Notes: generated by a model not told the origin, from the letters alone. DNA of 64,000 nt from Paraspadella gotoi (GCA_051294375.1 CM119263.1:14028414-14092413); one strand, 5' to 3'; positions 39,566 to 52,818 are shown, counted from the stretch's first letter. Made by a program: numbers and translations.

Positions 39566-40810
39566 TCAAAGCGCGAGAGTCTCTTTTAAAAACTTTCGAA
39601 CCGAATGGCCGACGGTGGCCGAGTCGGACGAAGTTTGGTAAGTGATGCGGTGTAAGTAAGGCTGAACGTCAGAAAAAGTAGTGTCGAAAACTAGGTCAAG
39701 ATCTTCCTCGCTGGGCATCTTAGGAATGTACTCGCCATGCCTGATGGTTGAAAAAATATATATAAATAAATGAAAAGGTTCACGCGAGTTAATCTAATAG
39801 TGAACCAAAACGGTGTCTCTGCCATCGCGAAACGCCCCGTGGGATAACGGGGCGTTTGTCTGAAGGAGACGTTGCTGTTGGGACAAAGTCCAAAACACTC
39901 GTCGAATGGAAACGAGCGAGCGAAAAGGAAAACCAAGTCCCGAATGATATTCCCCTAGCCCCACTCCGATCTAGCACCTGTTCATGCACTCGCAAATGGC
40001 AAAAATTCTCTCGTTCAAAATGTCGCCCAAACGTTGACGACAAATTTGTCGCTCTTCCTCGTTGGTAAGTTGGACGGGGTTGAGCTTGACAGTCCACACC
40101 TCCCAAGGAATGCACTCGGTAGAAAATGGCCACCTAATGAGTGAGGGAAGAGGTCGGGCATTAAAATCAATTTAGAAATTAATCACGAATTTTAAACCTT
40201 ATCTAAATTCAGAGAACCGAGTACTCGCCTAGTTCGCTTCTTCTGGTAAAACTCGAGGGAAATTTGCCCGGATCTCGGATGATCTAGATTGGCGACGGCC
40301 CCGGGAGGAGAGGTCGGAGAAGGAGGGAATAGAAAAAAGCCGGACGGGGACGAGGCGGAGCGATTAGCAGGAGAAGAAGAGAGCGAGTTTGAAGATTTGA
40401 GCGCCTCGTGAAAGAGGACGACTTCGCGTCGCACGGCCGCTTCTAATTCCTTTGAACGAGACAAGTAAAAGGACCTCAATGTACTGTACAGACTACAGAT
40501 GAGTTAACGATGACAATTGAAAAACCTGAGAATCGATCCTTAAATAAGAACTGTCGATAAAGTCACAGTCGACTTCGACGCTGTTGATGACACCAACAGA
40601 ATACGAAGACCCGCGGCCCTCTTGCTTGTAGCTGAATTTTCCACTCGAACGGTGGTAGAGAAGCGTATGAAAAAAGGCGCAAACGATCTCTTCGATCTGT
40701 CGTAATTCTACGTAGGAAAAGCGGGAAAGATAAAAAGCAAACGTTGGGCAGTTAATATCGAATCTTAACTCACCAGCCGTGAGCTCAAAACACTGGGATC
40801 TGGCATTCAT
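39566..40810 (-). CDS. ATG101: Autophagy-related protein 101; 5 exons
   Basis: [65 protein letters not shown], and last exon [26 protein letters not shown]. Confidence 0.95.
39811..39941 (-). ncRNA. Candidate intronic box H/ACA snoRNA (~131 nt) in the last ATG101 intron (39741-39977)
   Basis: Hairpin 1 GGGAC...GTCCC, hinge ACAGCA (ANANNA H box), then hairpin 2 with a perfect 11-bp upper stem AAACGCCCCGT/ACGGGGCGTTT above an internal loop, then ACA + 3 nt. The host intron is about 4x longer than neighbouring introns. Confidence 0.55.
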
Positions 40811-41405
40811 CACGCCGGATGGGTAGGCGTTCCGTCTCGTATGTAGTCATCGGCATCAATTTGCAAATTATTAAAAAGATGTTTTAATTTTAGGCACAAA
40901 TCCAAAAAATTGTGAGTTTCAGAGTGAAAAAAATAAATCTGTAAAAAACGATTCGAGAAAGTGAGGTCATGGTCATAAAAAAAAAAACAAAATAAAACCG
41001 GCATAATCAATGCAGGCACAATGTTGCAAGGGCTAGAAAATATGAGAAAAAAATGTAAATGGAATGTCATTCAATGGTGCGTCGAGTAACAAGTCAGTAT
41101 TGCAATTAAGCTTATAACAGTCGTAATACTTTAATGACATCATGGGCGTAAAAACTCGACAAAATAATTTCTTGTCGATTCGCCCGAGCACAAGTGGCCG
41201 AGTTTTAAGTCGTGAGTAAAAGTAAAAACAAATATTTGTTCTTCGCGGGGATTGGGGTTGTTAGCTGAGGATAACTAAAGAGAAATAACGATTTGAATGA
41301 GTTGTCGTTAACTAACTGAGTGTGTCTGCAGAGCAGCTAAATTTTAGAAAATAAAACCCATTGGAAGTCTTTCATTTGGACCAAAAAGATCAAAAATTGG
41401 GCGTG

Positions 41406-43589
41406 CTAAAATTCGAAAGAAGTGGGCGTCCCAGAGTTGAACTGGAAGCCATTTTGAGTAGTTTCCGGTTGAATATCAGGGTCATTATCGTTGTCATTGA
41501 AGAATTTCTGCAAATAAATATTACTCAAGATAAAATTCCTTATCCGAAATGTAGAAAAGGGAATCAAAATGACAAATCACCTCGATAATGTTGAGGGCGG
41601 CCTTGTAGACGCTTTCGTTCTCAGATTCTTGCAGGGCCTCAATCTTGTCAAGCCCCTCGCACTCCTCGATCTGGTTGCAGACTTGATCCAGTTGTCCGAT
41701 CTTGGCTCCAGTCATCAAGATGTTCGTCAGCCCATCCAAAATCACGAGAGTGACCTTAAACCAAAAAAAAAATGGACGCACAATTTTATTTATATATATA
41801 TTTATATATTTATTTATATTCATCTTTTTCTTCCATCTGTAGATTACCTTAGAGTCCCTGACGGTAAGGAGGCCACAGAGAATCGGAACGATGCCCATAT
41901 TAGCGATGGTAGCAATCTGTTCGATGGTGCCGCCAGAGGTGAGATTCGTGATCGCCCAAACGGCCTCTTTCTGAGCTTTAAACTCAGCATTCCTAGCGGG
42001 ATAGAAAATGTTATTTAATGGCAATTGCGGAAAAGAAAGCAAGAATATACGTACTTCAGCACATGTAAAATGGCGGGTATAAGTCCTTCATCAATAACGG
42101 CTTGGATCTGGGGTTGTGTTCCAGCAGTGACATTTGAGATCAGCCAGCAGGCCTCTTTCTGGATGTTCGTACGCTCGTGCTAAAAGATAACAAACACAGA
42201 CTTTCTTTAATTTTTTTAAAAACGTTTTCAACATTTACTCGAGTACCATGATTAGCCTGTCCATGCCCTTGAGCGCGCCAGCATCGAGCACGTGCTGCGT
42301 CTGCTCGTCATTTCCGGTCACGATATTTCCAAGGGTCCGCAGACAAGGGGTGACGAGCGCAACACTCTCACCATGCGAGTGATGGAGCAATCGGACAAAG
42401 CGATTAACGACGCCCGTGTCGATAACCCACTGAATCTTCTCGTTGGTGCCGTCCGTGATGTAGCTGAAAGCCCAGCATGCATCACTGCAAAAAAGCGAGA
42501 ATAAGAATCAAATATTGTTCAAATGAAACCTAAAAACCAAATTTGGGAAATAAAATACTTAAGCACAGACCTCAGAATCTCAGGATCGTCCTGCTGGACG
42601 AGTTGCGCAAGGGACGGGAGACACTTTTTGACGGCCTCAACGGGCGGAGCGGGGTTCTTGTTGCGACAAAGATTCGAGATGGTCCACGTGACGTTGCGCA
42701 CGAATCCGTCGCTGCGATCAGGATTGAGTAAAGCCAACAGCGGTTCCAAGATGCCGCTGTGAATCACGGTGTCGCGAAGTTGGGCACCGTCGCCGGCGAT
42801 GTTGCCCAAAGCCCACACGGCCTGCTCGCAGACGTTGGTGTCTTTAGATCTGTAAATTTATAGTCTTGTAAATACGTACAACACATTCACCTTATAATTT
42901 GTCATTTCAGTACCTGAGTAAATTGATAAAGTAGGGAACGCCTCCGGCAGCAACGACGCACTGAGTTTGCTCCGACGAACCGGAAGCGATGTTCGTCAGT
43001 GCCCAAGCAGCTTCGAACTGCAACGAACTCCTGCGGAAGGTGCGAGAGTTTTAGACGTCATAGAGACGAAAAATAAAACAGCTTTAATTTACGGCTCACC
43101 CTGAATCGCCCAGTTCCAAGACCGTGGCGAACTTATCGTCGAGAAATCTAACTAAGTCGGGAACGAGTCCGGCGTTGATCACTTGTTCGATGGGCGGATT
43201 CTTCTCCTTCGACAGCATTTGGCGACAGGCCTTGGTCGCCTGCAGTTGCACGGACGGGTTATTATGCGCACGAACTCCTGAAGATGAAAATTGATTATTA
43301 ATCCGTATAATGGAGACGGAGCTACCAACGCCAATCAAAACTAACCGCTAACGATTTCCTCGATGGAAGGGAGAATTTTGCCGCCAGCTTGATAGGAGGC
43401 GGTATTGGCGTTGATCTCCTGTTGACCGTCATCTTCCTCCTCAAGGGCGATGTTGCGCCGCTTGAGAAGTTGGTCGTCCCTCCCCTTCTTGCGTAGTTCG
43501 ACGGAAACTTCGGTCCTCTTCTTGCGCAGCTCTTCGCCGCTTCTTCCCTTGTTCTTATAAGAAGCGAGACGGTTCTCGGCACCGGGCAT
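41406..43589 (-). CDS. KPNA2: Importin subunit alpha, alpha-2/pendulin type; multi-exon
   Basis: IBB domain [32 protein letters not shown] repeats [10 protein letters not shown] and [40 protein letters not shown] is alpha-2-like. C-terminus TPTSFEF*. The subtype is less certain than the family. Confidence 0.92.
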
Positions 43590-43782
43590 GGTGGACGGTA
43601 TAATAGTTTGATCGGAAGTTTTAAATTTAAATTGACAATTTGATATAAAAAAAAATACAAGACGTCTAAAATGGAATGAAAGAAGAAAATAGAAAAACAA
43701 TTTTTGACTAGCGTGATAAGGGGTGAACATATATTAGTAAGAAAGTTAGCACTAAGACCAAAACCGATCGATTAAACTTGTC

Positions 43783-45449
43783 TTACGTTCTGACTTGAAA
43801 TCGCCCGGATTTCGTGATGTATTTCACACCCTTAAACGGCTTATACTTTTCCCCGTACATATCGAGACGGTGAACCTTGATGCCAGAGACAGCCAAAGAA
43901 GCGATGGTGAAATTGACCGAGATGGTCGGATTAGACTCTGGCATGGGTGCCCCGGACTGCATGTTGATATTGCCCCGAATGTTGGGCAGTTTAGAAGGGT
44001 CAATTTTTCCCACTTCCCAGACCAGATTTTTGGTCGTAGGGTCGAATGAGTATTTTCCTTGCGTGGGCGTAAGCGATACGTTCAAGGCGGTCTTCGGCAT
44101 TGGTATTTCCAGCTCTACATTCTCCACAATCTTCCCCATAGTCTGCTTGGGGCCGACGGTAATATCGAGTCGTCCACCGACGACCTCGCGGAAAGAAATG
44201 TTGTGCTTAAGATAGAGAGGAATCACGACCATGTTGTTCGAACTTATGTGATAAGAAATTAAACGAAAATTTCCGTCCGGAGGAATGAAGGAGAGGATTT
44301 TTTCGTTTTCCCATCTGTCGTGTGGATGAAAAGAGAAACGTTAGGGGTGGAAGAGGGCGGGTGAGTTATGAGAAAAACGGTTTTTCATTTAATTGTGAAA
44401 GGCACAACTCGAAAACTTTCACCCATTGACTACCTTTTAAAACGAATGCAAGGATGAAACGAGACATCATCAAGAAGTCGCGGGTTAACAAATGTCAAAG
44501 TCAAATCCGGAATTCCGCTCAATTTCACGCAGCAATCGACGTAACCCTAATTACAAATTAATCGGAGCTAATGTCAAATGCAATTTGAAAAACTTAGATT
44601 TTCGCCACTCGGCAACCTGAATTTCGGCAAACACAGTTGAGCCGGATTTGTCAATTATCGCGTCAATTTCTTCAATCACGTCGAAGTAGGCTTCGTTGTT
44701 GGTGTACTTGACATTAGTTCGTCGCCAGGGGACGTTAGACAACTGTCCCGAGGGCAGCGTCGCTGACACATTTGACTTTCCGGTCACAGTGTTTGCGATA
44801 CTACGCAGCACATTGGGCGGTTTAATCAGTTCCTAGGGAAATAAATAAACAACGTATTTTTTTTAAATTTACGCCACCATGACGTCATTTATTACATGCA
44901 ACTATCAACTGAAAATATAATATTCCACGTGGATTTTAAACGCAAACATAAATAGGTGAACTTTTGGCCAAATGGCCGAACTTGAAAAACAGTTACCTTC
45001 AGAATGTTTGACTCAGTAGCGAGCGGAAATCCGTTGTCAAGCATCTCTTCAAGAAGCTCGTAAACGACGACGTAATGCTCCTTTATTGCGGACTCGGTGC
45101 ACTCAGAAAAGTATTCCTCAAAAGTGTCCATTACTCTGTGCAGAAACTCGATGACAAAAAGAGGCTGCACTTCGGACTGAACCACGGCGAGAAAGAACAT
45201 TTGGTTGCGATAGACGTTAATGAGGTAATGATGAGGCGTGTTAATCACGGGTGGAACGTCGTCGGGGTTCGAGGCCTTCGCCTGCATGAAGAAAATGAGA
45301 AAATAAAAGTCCAACAACGAAAAAATTTTATTCTTACTCACTTGTGCTTCGAAGAAATAGTCGCAAATGGAGCGATTAATGACGCTCTTCCAATGTTTTT
45401 CCATGAAAACATCGCCATTTTTGTTGACCATGAACAAGCTGTGAATCAT
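43783..45449 (-). CDS. AP3M1: AP-3 complex subunit mu; 5 exons
   Basis: MIHSLFMVNKNGDVFMEKHWKSVI, EEMLDNGFPLATESNILK, GQLSNVPWRRTNVKYTNNEAYFDVIEE, and C-terminal YGEKYKPFKGVKYITKSGRFQVRT. Confidence 0.96.
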
Positions 45450-45723
45450 TTTGTTAATTAAGCTCTAGAAAAAAAAAGTATGGATAAGAAAACTATCCGG
45501 AAATTTCACATCTTCCAAAATGTAATATCACAGCTATAGCTCTTAAATCAATTTTATCAATATAAACTATTGATTTAAGAAAGAGTCCCTTCTTTACTCA
45601 GGCCTTCGAGCATTCTTCAACAATGCTAGCTGTTACTACAAAAATAATAATTCAGAGATCATGTGGCACCGTGCGGAATGCTCATTGTCGTTTCTTCATT
45701 CAGGAACGCCAAATATCCTTACT

Positions 45724-46875
45724 TCAGCTATTGCTTATTAAATCACTTATCACATCTGAGGCTTTTTCTTCTGTGAGTTCGTCAGTATCAGTGTAATCTT
45801 CCCTAACTTTCCCGGTCTTAGCGTATTCAAAATCAGCGCCCAAAGCAGTTGACATAAGTTTTTGTAAGTTCCGCTCCTCTAAGTCGCCGAAAACGTAACC
45901 AGAGGCCTTGTCCGCTTGGCGCAAGATGTTCAATGCCGACTCTTTGTCATTGATGTTAAGAGGTAAAAATGAGACTGGAAACGAGAAGGGCCAACTTTTA
46001 ATGAAATAAAAGAAACAAATACTAGTACAGATCTCTCACCCAAAGAGTAGTCTTCGATGACCCCACACAAAGCCCGATTGAGTTTTTTGTATTTCATGTT
46101 AAACGGGTCTTCGTTGAGTCGGTCTACTAAAAATGAGAGATCCAGCACCTCGCAAAAATAATCTACATTGAAGGGAAGCGGGCCCAGGTTTTCTACTAAA
46201 TCGATCTTGCTGAGAACGTTTATGTGCGGAAGACTCAGCTGCAACATGGTAGCCAGGCTGAGGAACAAAAAGGACAATTTTTAGAAACGGCAATAAGCTA
46301 AAAATTCACACAACCAACCTGGTGCAGAGGACGCTTATAAATTTTGAAGGATCCGTGCAGTAATGAGAGTCAACAAGATGAACAGCGGCAACGCGAAATC
46401 CCCACTCAGTCGTCAAAGCCTCAAGAAGCCTCGCAACTGAATCGTGGTGAGTGTAGAGCTCAACTTGACCGGGAAAGTCGAAAAGGAAGTAGACATCTTG
46501 CCCGGCGCCGGCGATTCGAGCCGCATCATGCAGTTTTTCCCGCAGCCAATCGAGATTCTGCTCCAGGAATTCCATACAGTATACAAGACCGCCGTTCGGA
46601 CCCAAACGAAGAGAGCTCATCACTTCCTCGAGTTGGATTAACTGAATGGGGATTAAAATTTAAGTTTAGAGACATAATTGGCGACAAGCGAGTCGAGTAA
46701 AAAGACTCACCTGAGCAATGTCGACTCCTGCACTATAAGGCAATTCGTCATTGGCGGGATCCAAGTTGACGAGGACGACTTTTCGCCCGAGTTGCTGAAG
46801 CAGATTTGACATCCCGGCACAATACGTAGTTTTTCCGCAACCAGGCGGTCCGACGACGACTTGACCCCAAGGCAT
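45724..46875 (-). CDS. GPN2: GPN-loop GTPase 2; 4 exons
   Basis: P-loop [56 protein letters not shown]. Confidence 0.94.
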
Positions 46876-47155
46876 AGTCGTTTACTGCGTCATTCATTTA
46901 AGTTTAATAGGATTGTTGGAAGTATTCTCTTGGATCAATGATTAAAAAAAATAACGTAGAAAAATATTCAGTTAAAAGTCAAATCAAATAGATTTATATT
47001 TTATAATCAACGATTAAAACATAAATAAACATCACTCTCGACAGGCTGTTATAAATCATCACTAAATTTATTCTTTTTTATTTTCGCGACATCTCAAAGA
47101 GGCCCAAGTAGTCTTAAGCAAAGGACGCAGCACGCTTGACCGTTTTCCTTGTAGA

Positions 47156-49710
47156 TCAAACCCTCAACTTCTTTTTGGGCGAATCCGCGGCGGAGTGATT
47201 TCTGGAAATTTGCTTTTAGTCAGGAAACTGCCGACATTCACACGGTCTAAATTTTAAATACTAGGTGCATTAATCATTTACTATTTTATTTATTTAAACA
47301 TATCGAGTAAAATATAATCAAATGGCTAATACCGCTATAATACCTCTTTTTAGGACTGGACTTGACAATCACAGGAAGGGTTGGACCATAGTCATTAAGT
47401 AGAGAACATCTCTCCCAAGCACCAAACATGTAATTCAGCAGAGAGACTCCGTATCTGGAATAAGAATCAAAGATTGTGATCACGCGGTGCTAATTTTGTC
47501 TGAACCCAGTCTTACCCATTAGCGCGATCGCTGGTCTGTACCGGAGCCGCCATGTCAATGTGAATCCACGCTCCCGGCCAATCGAAACCCAAATGAGAGA
47601 ATATGAAGAGGCCGGCACAAGAGGATTGAGCGTTGTTTCGATCAGAGACGGAATTCTAAAAAACGATGATTTAGGGAGTGAAAGAGAAATTGTAAAAAAA
47701 TTCAGTCAGTTTAATTTAGTAACTGAAAAAAACATGTACAGTCATGTGGAAAAAAAACGTAAAAAAAATATAAAAGATATCCGAAGGGATTGACCCAGAT
47801 CCCTAAATAATACTTTTAAATAAAAAATCATGTCTCTTAAACCGCTTAACCAATTTTAATAACACTTTTACATATCGAGTTATTTATTTTTTTTTAATAT
47901 TTTTTTTTATAATTTTTATAATTATTTTATGAAGCATCTGGAATTTAACGTTATAAAGTGGCGCGTTTTTGTTTTTGTTTTGCACATGAGTGTATTTAAC
48001 TATCCTCTACGTAATATAAACGTATAAAAAATACACAAGTTCGTACCTGCATATCGGCGACTGGGCTAGAAAACTCCGTAAAATGAAGCTCGGGCGTGAA
48101 TGGCAATGGATGACACAGGTCGCCAGACACTTGACCGGCACTAACAGCCGCATCTTCCCACTCCTCGCTGTTAGTCACAATACCAGCATGATATTTCCCC
48201 GTTGCTATGCCCTGCGCGCCGGTCAACGTCGCCATGTCTACAATTATGTCCGCCTGACAACAATATTAGCTTAGCAACAGATCGTTTTAGAGGGGAATTT
48301 CAGTGGGCGATGCTGGCGGTAGCGGGCCGGACATACGAAGCAAGAGACCCATAGGAATTCCCCTTATCAATCGACTTTTTGCACAAAACGTCGACGAATA
48401 CCTTTAGATCTTTTTTGGCGAAAGCGACTCCGTCTCCCAACACGAGCCTTCCCTCCGCGTCAGTATTGTTGACCTCGACAGTTCGACCGGAGTACATCGT
48501 GACCACGTCGTCTGGTCGCTGCGCCTTCGGACCAACGGCGTTCTCGGCAAGACAAAAAACGGCGTGAAGGTTTTCGCGGAAGCCTGCCTTGACAGCAACG
48601 AAAAAAGCTCCGAGAATGCCTGTAGGTAAGATTTATATCAATAGACATCAGCCCAACATCCATAGGAGCCCTTCTGATAACACACCCGCGGCTCCTCCGC
48701 AGTCCATCTTCATTCCAGGCATCGTGGTTTTGGTTTTCATGCTGAGACCGCCAGTGTCATAAACGATCCCCTTCCCCACCCAGGCTACAGTGGTCGTGGC
48801 TTCGGGAGGAGTGTGACTCAGAATCACTAGGGCCGGGGGATTAACGGCCGCCTTGCCAACTCCATAGATCCCACCGAATCCGCGTGCTTCCAGATCCTCT
48901 CCACGGATAATAAGCGGAGTAAGTCGCAAAGACTCGGCGACCTTGATCACTTCCTCGAGAAACGCGTCCGTATGCATCGCGGAACAAGGGGTATCAACTA
49001 TACGAGCCGTGAGTCGAACGGCCTTGGCCGCATTGGACAACAGTTCAATGTCTTCATCGGTAATTACTCCTCCACATGTTAGGATAATCTGGGGCGATAA
49101 TTAAATGTTTGTTGAACAACTGTAGTTCCGGCAAAAATATTTATTTCCGATTTTCATTCCAATTCTGGCTTTATGAACATTTTAATCTTGACTGACCTCG
49201 ACCGTGACTGTTCGAGGAGGCGGCGGAGCTGGGGTAGTCTTCATGGAGTATTCTGGAAAACAGCGAGCGACCGCGACAGAAGAAGCAAAAAGTTCTTCGC
49301 GCCGAGTGACAAGTATCACAAATTCATCGCCATTTCCAGGCAAGCTGTTCTGAAATTCGGTATTCGGTAAACAATTAAAAAATTTCGTTTTTATACTTTC
49401 TTACATTCTTACTCACCTTGACAATCTTTGACACGCTGTGAGCGCGGGAAGGAGTGTTGTGACGACTGGCCTTAGCGGGAACTGCAGCCAATGTCGCGCC
49501 ATTGAGCCAAAGTGGACAGGTGTCGGCGTTCTGAAGGGCAGCCAAGGCAGCGTCGTAGGTCTCGGCGTCGACGCGAGGCTGCAATTTACATTTGATCTGA
49601 TCAAAGTCTATTGTTTTTAAGTTTGAGTATTTTCCGACGATAAGCACCGGGTGTGCAGAAGGGTCGGACGGTGTCAAAGTTCGACTAAAATTAACTTCGA
49701 CCTTCGACAT
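47156..49710 (-). CDS. NPEPL1: Probable aminopeptidase NPEPL1 (M17 family); multi-exon
   Basis: [68 protein letters not shown]. The last exon ends SPKKKLRV*. Confidence 0.95.
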
Positions 49711-49723
49711 TCTGATAACGATC

Positions 49724-49752
49724 CTAAAAAAACGAAAACAACAAAAATCTAA
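49724..49752 (-). promoter_or_regulatory. U-rich tract + AG acceptor filling the 42-nt SRFBP1-NPEPL1 spacer (candidate trans-splice site)
   Basis: TAG ttagatttttgttgttttcgttttttAG gatcgttatcaga ATG. No AATAAA and no consensus donor in the spacer. Confidence 0.6.
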
Positions 49753-51334
49753 CTAATCGAAGGTTATCTTTTTTCCCTGGGAAGCTGTCACAGCGCCAAT
49801 TTGCAGTTTTTCTTGTCGCTTAGCGCGCCACGAAGGATGTAAGGAGTTAATGTCCATTTTAGGGAGGGATAGGTTTTTCACGGAAACAGTCGATCCATTC
49901 TGTGAGCCTCTTCCACGATCGAATTTCCCGCGAGTAGAGCTGCTTCGAGCATTCCCTCGGTTCATGTTTACATTGAAGTGTTTTGTCTTTTCTTCATCGG
50001 GCTGGCTCCAAGCACCTTGACTTCGCGGGCCCTTGAAATTCGTCCCTCGTCCCCGAGAATCCCGTCCACAAAAGGTTTTTCGACGTCCTTGTTTATTAGT
50101 CCCTTCCGATAGACCCACAAACGTAGACATCAATTCAAATCCATTAGGATCATCAGAGTCCTTACTGACGTCGTCATCATCATCGGAATGAGCGTCATCG
50201 GAGATTTTTCGTTTAGGACGAGCGTTCGAACCGGCAAAAAACGGATCGTCAGAATGCGTCGCCGAAATACTTTCGTCCTCATTTTCCTCGTCCAGCATTG
50301 CGACATGATCTGGAAGTTTTACTTGATCAGTTTCATCCAGATCGTCGAGATTGAGACGCGTGACAACCATCACCCCTCCGGCTGGCAATGACTTAAGATT
50401 GTCGACTTCAACGGCATCGTCCGTTCGCATCCTCGAAGATCCGCTTGCATCGCTGACACTCAATTGGGAATCCTTGTCTTCAGTTAAGGAGTCCTCGTTA
50501 TTAGTTATAACGACGTTGTCATCATCGTTTAAGTTATCTAACTTTTCCGAAAACATAACAGGAGCGTTTTTAATGGTTTCGTCATCCGGTTGCGACACTT
50601 GTTCCAGTCTTTGGATAGAATCACATATTTTATTTATTTTTTCCTTGGCGTTTTTCTCTTTCTCGTCGCAAGAAGTTTCCCTAGATAATTTCCCGATGGT
50701 TTTTGGAGGATCACAATCTCTTGGGCTCTTTAACTGTGCCGTTTTTGGTTTTCCTTTCATATGTTTCTTTGCCCCAACGCCTTTTTCCTTTCTCGCGGCG
50801 TACAAAGTGACGTAACTAAAAATAATCTTTCAATTTTCAAATCACCGAATGCATACTAATTACAAATCGATTACTAGATTACCATATCAAATGATTCAAT
50901 ATTTTCTTTAATTCTTACCTTCGGTATTTTGGAAAAGCAGAAGCTAACGCCCCGACGGCAGCAAGGACTCCTTTGGTGTGAGCGACCCGCGCCTTGGCCC
51001 TCCTTTCGATCGGAGGATCAGATCCCAATAGTTTGCAAAGGTCTTCATCGGGACAGTGTTCGAGGGCATATAGAGCGATCATGTCGCAATTAAGACTTTT
51101 AATAATTTTCGTCTCTTCCTCCATCCGGGACAGCTGGCGCTGTTTGATAAGCTTCCGGGCCTCATTTCGAGTTTCTTCGCAACGGATCTTGGCCATCTTT
51201 CTCGACAAAGTGGTCATCGCATAATGCTTGCCTCTTTTCACGGCCAGGCGCATTTTTATAACGTGATTGTTAATTTTCTCCAAGCAGAGACCGACGGCTT
51301 TATTGTCCAAAACGTCTACCTCGTCTTCAGCCAT
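49753..51334 (-). CDS. SRFBP1: Serum response factor-binding protein 1 / Bud22-like; 2 exons
   Basis: N-terminal INNHVIKMRLAVKR... and diagnostic C-terminus LHPSWRAKRQEK...SQGKKITFD. The middle is acidic and low-complexity. Confidence 0.85.
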
Positions 51335-51416
51335 TATACACAGAAAATTCAATAACTATCACAGAAAATGATAAACAAGTGAAATGAAAGGCGAAAAAAA
51401 AAACAAATAAAAACAC

Positions 51417-52818
51417 TCAAATAGGTTCGTGTCTCTTAGTAGGAGAATCTCTCCACTTTTTAAGCACTTTGTTGCCAACATAATAGACGCTTTTGACCGG
51501 CCCAGCGGTCAATAATCCTTTCGCCGTCGTCTTCCAACTGGAATCGCGAACAATCTCTCTTAAACCGTCGACGACTTTTTGGTTGAGGCGAAAATCTTCC
51601 TTGACAATGTGCATCACCTCTTCCCGGTCACGGTGACTTCCGTCTGTTAGTAAATTAATACATGTATGTCATAAATAAAATTATTCACAATTGAAAAAAA
51701 AAAAACCTTTTCTCTACCTTTATTACATTCTTTGACGATCTTCGATATGAGATTATGAGGGAGATAATTCAAATGGTGGTATAAGGTGTTTGAGGAAGTA
51801 TCCTGTTCGAAAGTTTTAGACTTTCTGTCGAAGTGAACATACTGCTTGATGTGTGGCTCTTTAAAAGACGGCATGTATAACTGCTCAAAACGCGCTAGGT
51901 TTGCAGAAACGATGTTTGATACTTTGTTGTCGCTTTCAGCAAATCCCATTCTAATATCCCCTAACATTAAAAATACATTTCATCTCATGAATATTTGGTC
52001 GATGTCTTTTGAAAAATAGTACCCGTGTAAGAAAGAGACGCTATAGTTGAATACAGCTGCATTTCACTGAATTTTTCAGGAAGCAACAGAAAGGCTGTGT
52101 GAAGAGCATTTTCCAGGTTGACTTTAATAGCTAATGAGAGGTCCGCATTGGTGGAATTTTTCTGAAAAAATATACCGCACTGAGTTTGGGGACTGCTTCA
52201 TATTACTTATTTAATTTTTATTTTTAAATAAATTATATTAAATCATCTGTCACTATTAAGACATTGCTGGTAATAGGGAAAGGTGAGAACGTGTAATTGC
52301 TTTTAGCACAACTTTCAACATATAAAATAATTACCAAATACATCACAGGTTTGTGCAATCGCCCGGCCGCGTAAAGAGAGGTCCAGTCAAGCAAATCATT
52401 TATAATTGCTTGAGAACTAATAACCCCGTACTTAATCATTTCCGTTTCTGAAATTTTTACCAAAGAATTGAAGTACACCTATCCAAAATAGACAGAAAAT
52501 CGCAAAGAAATTGCAATAGAGTGACCAATGATACGAAATTTTTACCTTGGCGCCGAAAGATTCTTGCACAGTAGCCAATCGATTTGGTCCGAGTCGCTTG
52601 AGGAAGGAATAGTCATCGGAGTTGATCTCAACATTTCGAGCGTGCCACTCGCCGACAGGTCGATCCACGACGAGAAAGAGATCGATCATGTTCTTGGACA
52701 GAGGAGCGTGATTTGCTTGTTGAAACACACCGGATCCATAACCGAAGGCCATCTGCATTTGAGCAGCTGGGAAACGCTCCAATATTCTCCGCAACGAGTC
52801 TAATGTTCGGGAGCTCAT
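51417..52818 (-). CDS. TAMM41: Mitochondrial phosphatidate cytidylyltransferase Tam41; multi-exon
   Basis: AFGYGSGVFQQ, MIDLFLVVD, VYFNSLV..MIKYGVIS..DLLDWTSLYAAGRLHKPV, GDIRMGFAE..KVSNIV, TAKGLLTAG. Confidence 0.95.

Noticed and set aside
39815-39870. Plus-strand hammerhead-like reading GAAAC-stem-GTT..CTGAAGG
   Set aside because: No stem I and the core is not CUGANGA; better explained as the minus-strand H/ACA hairpin.
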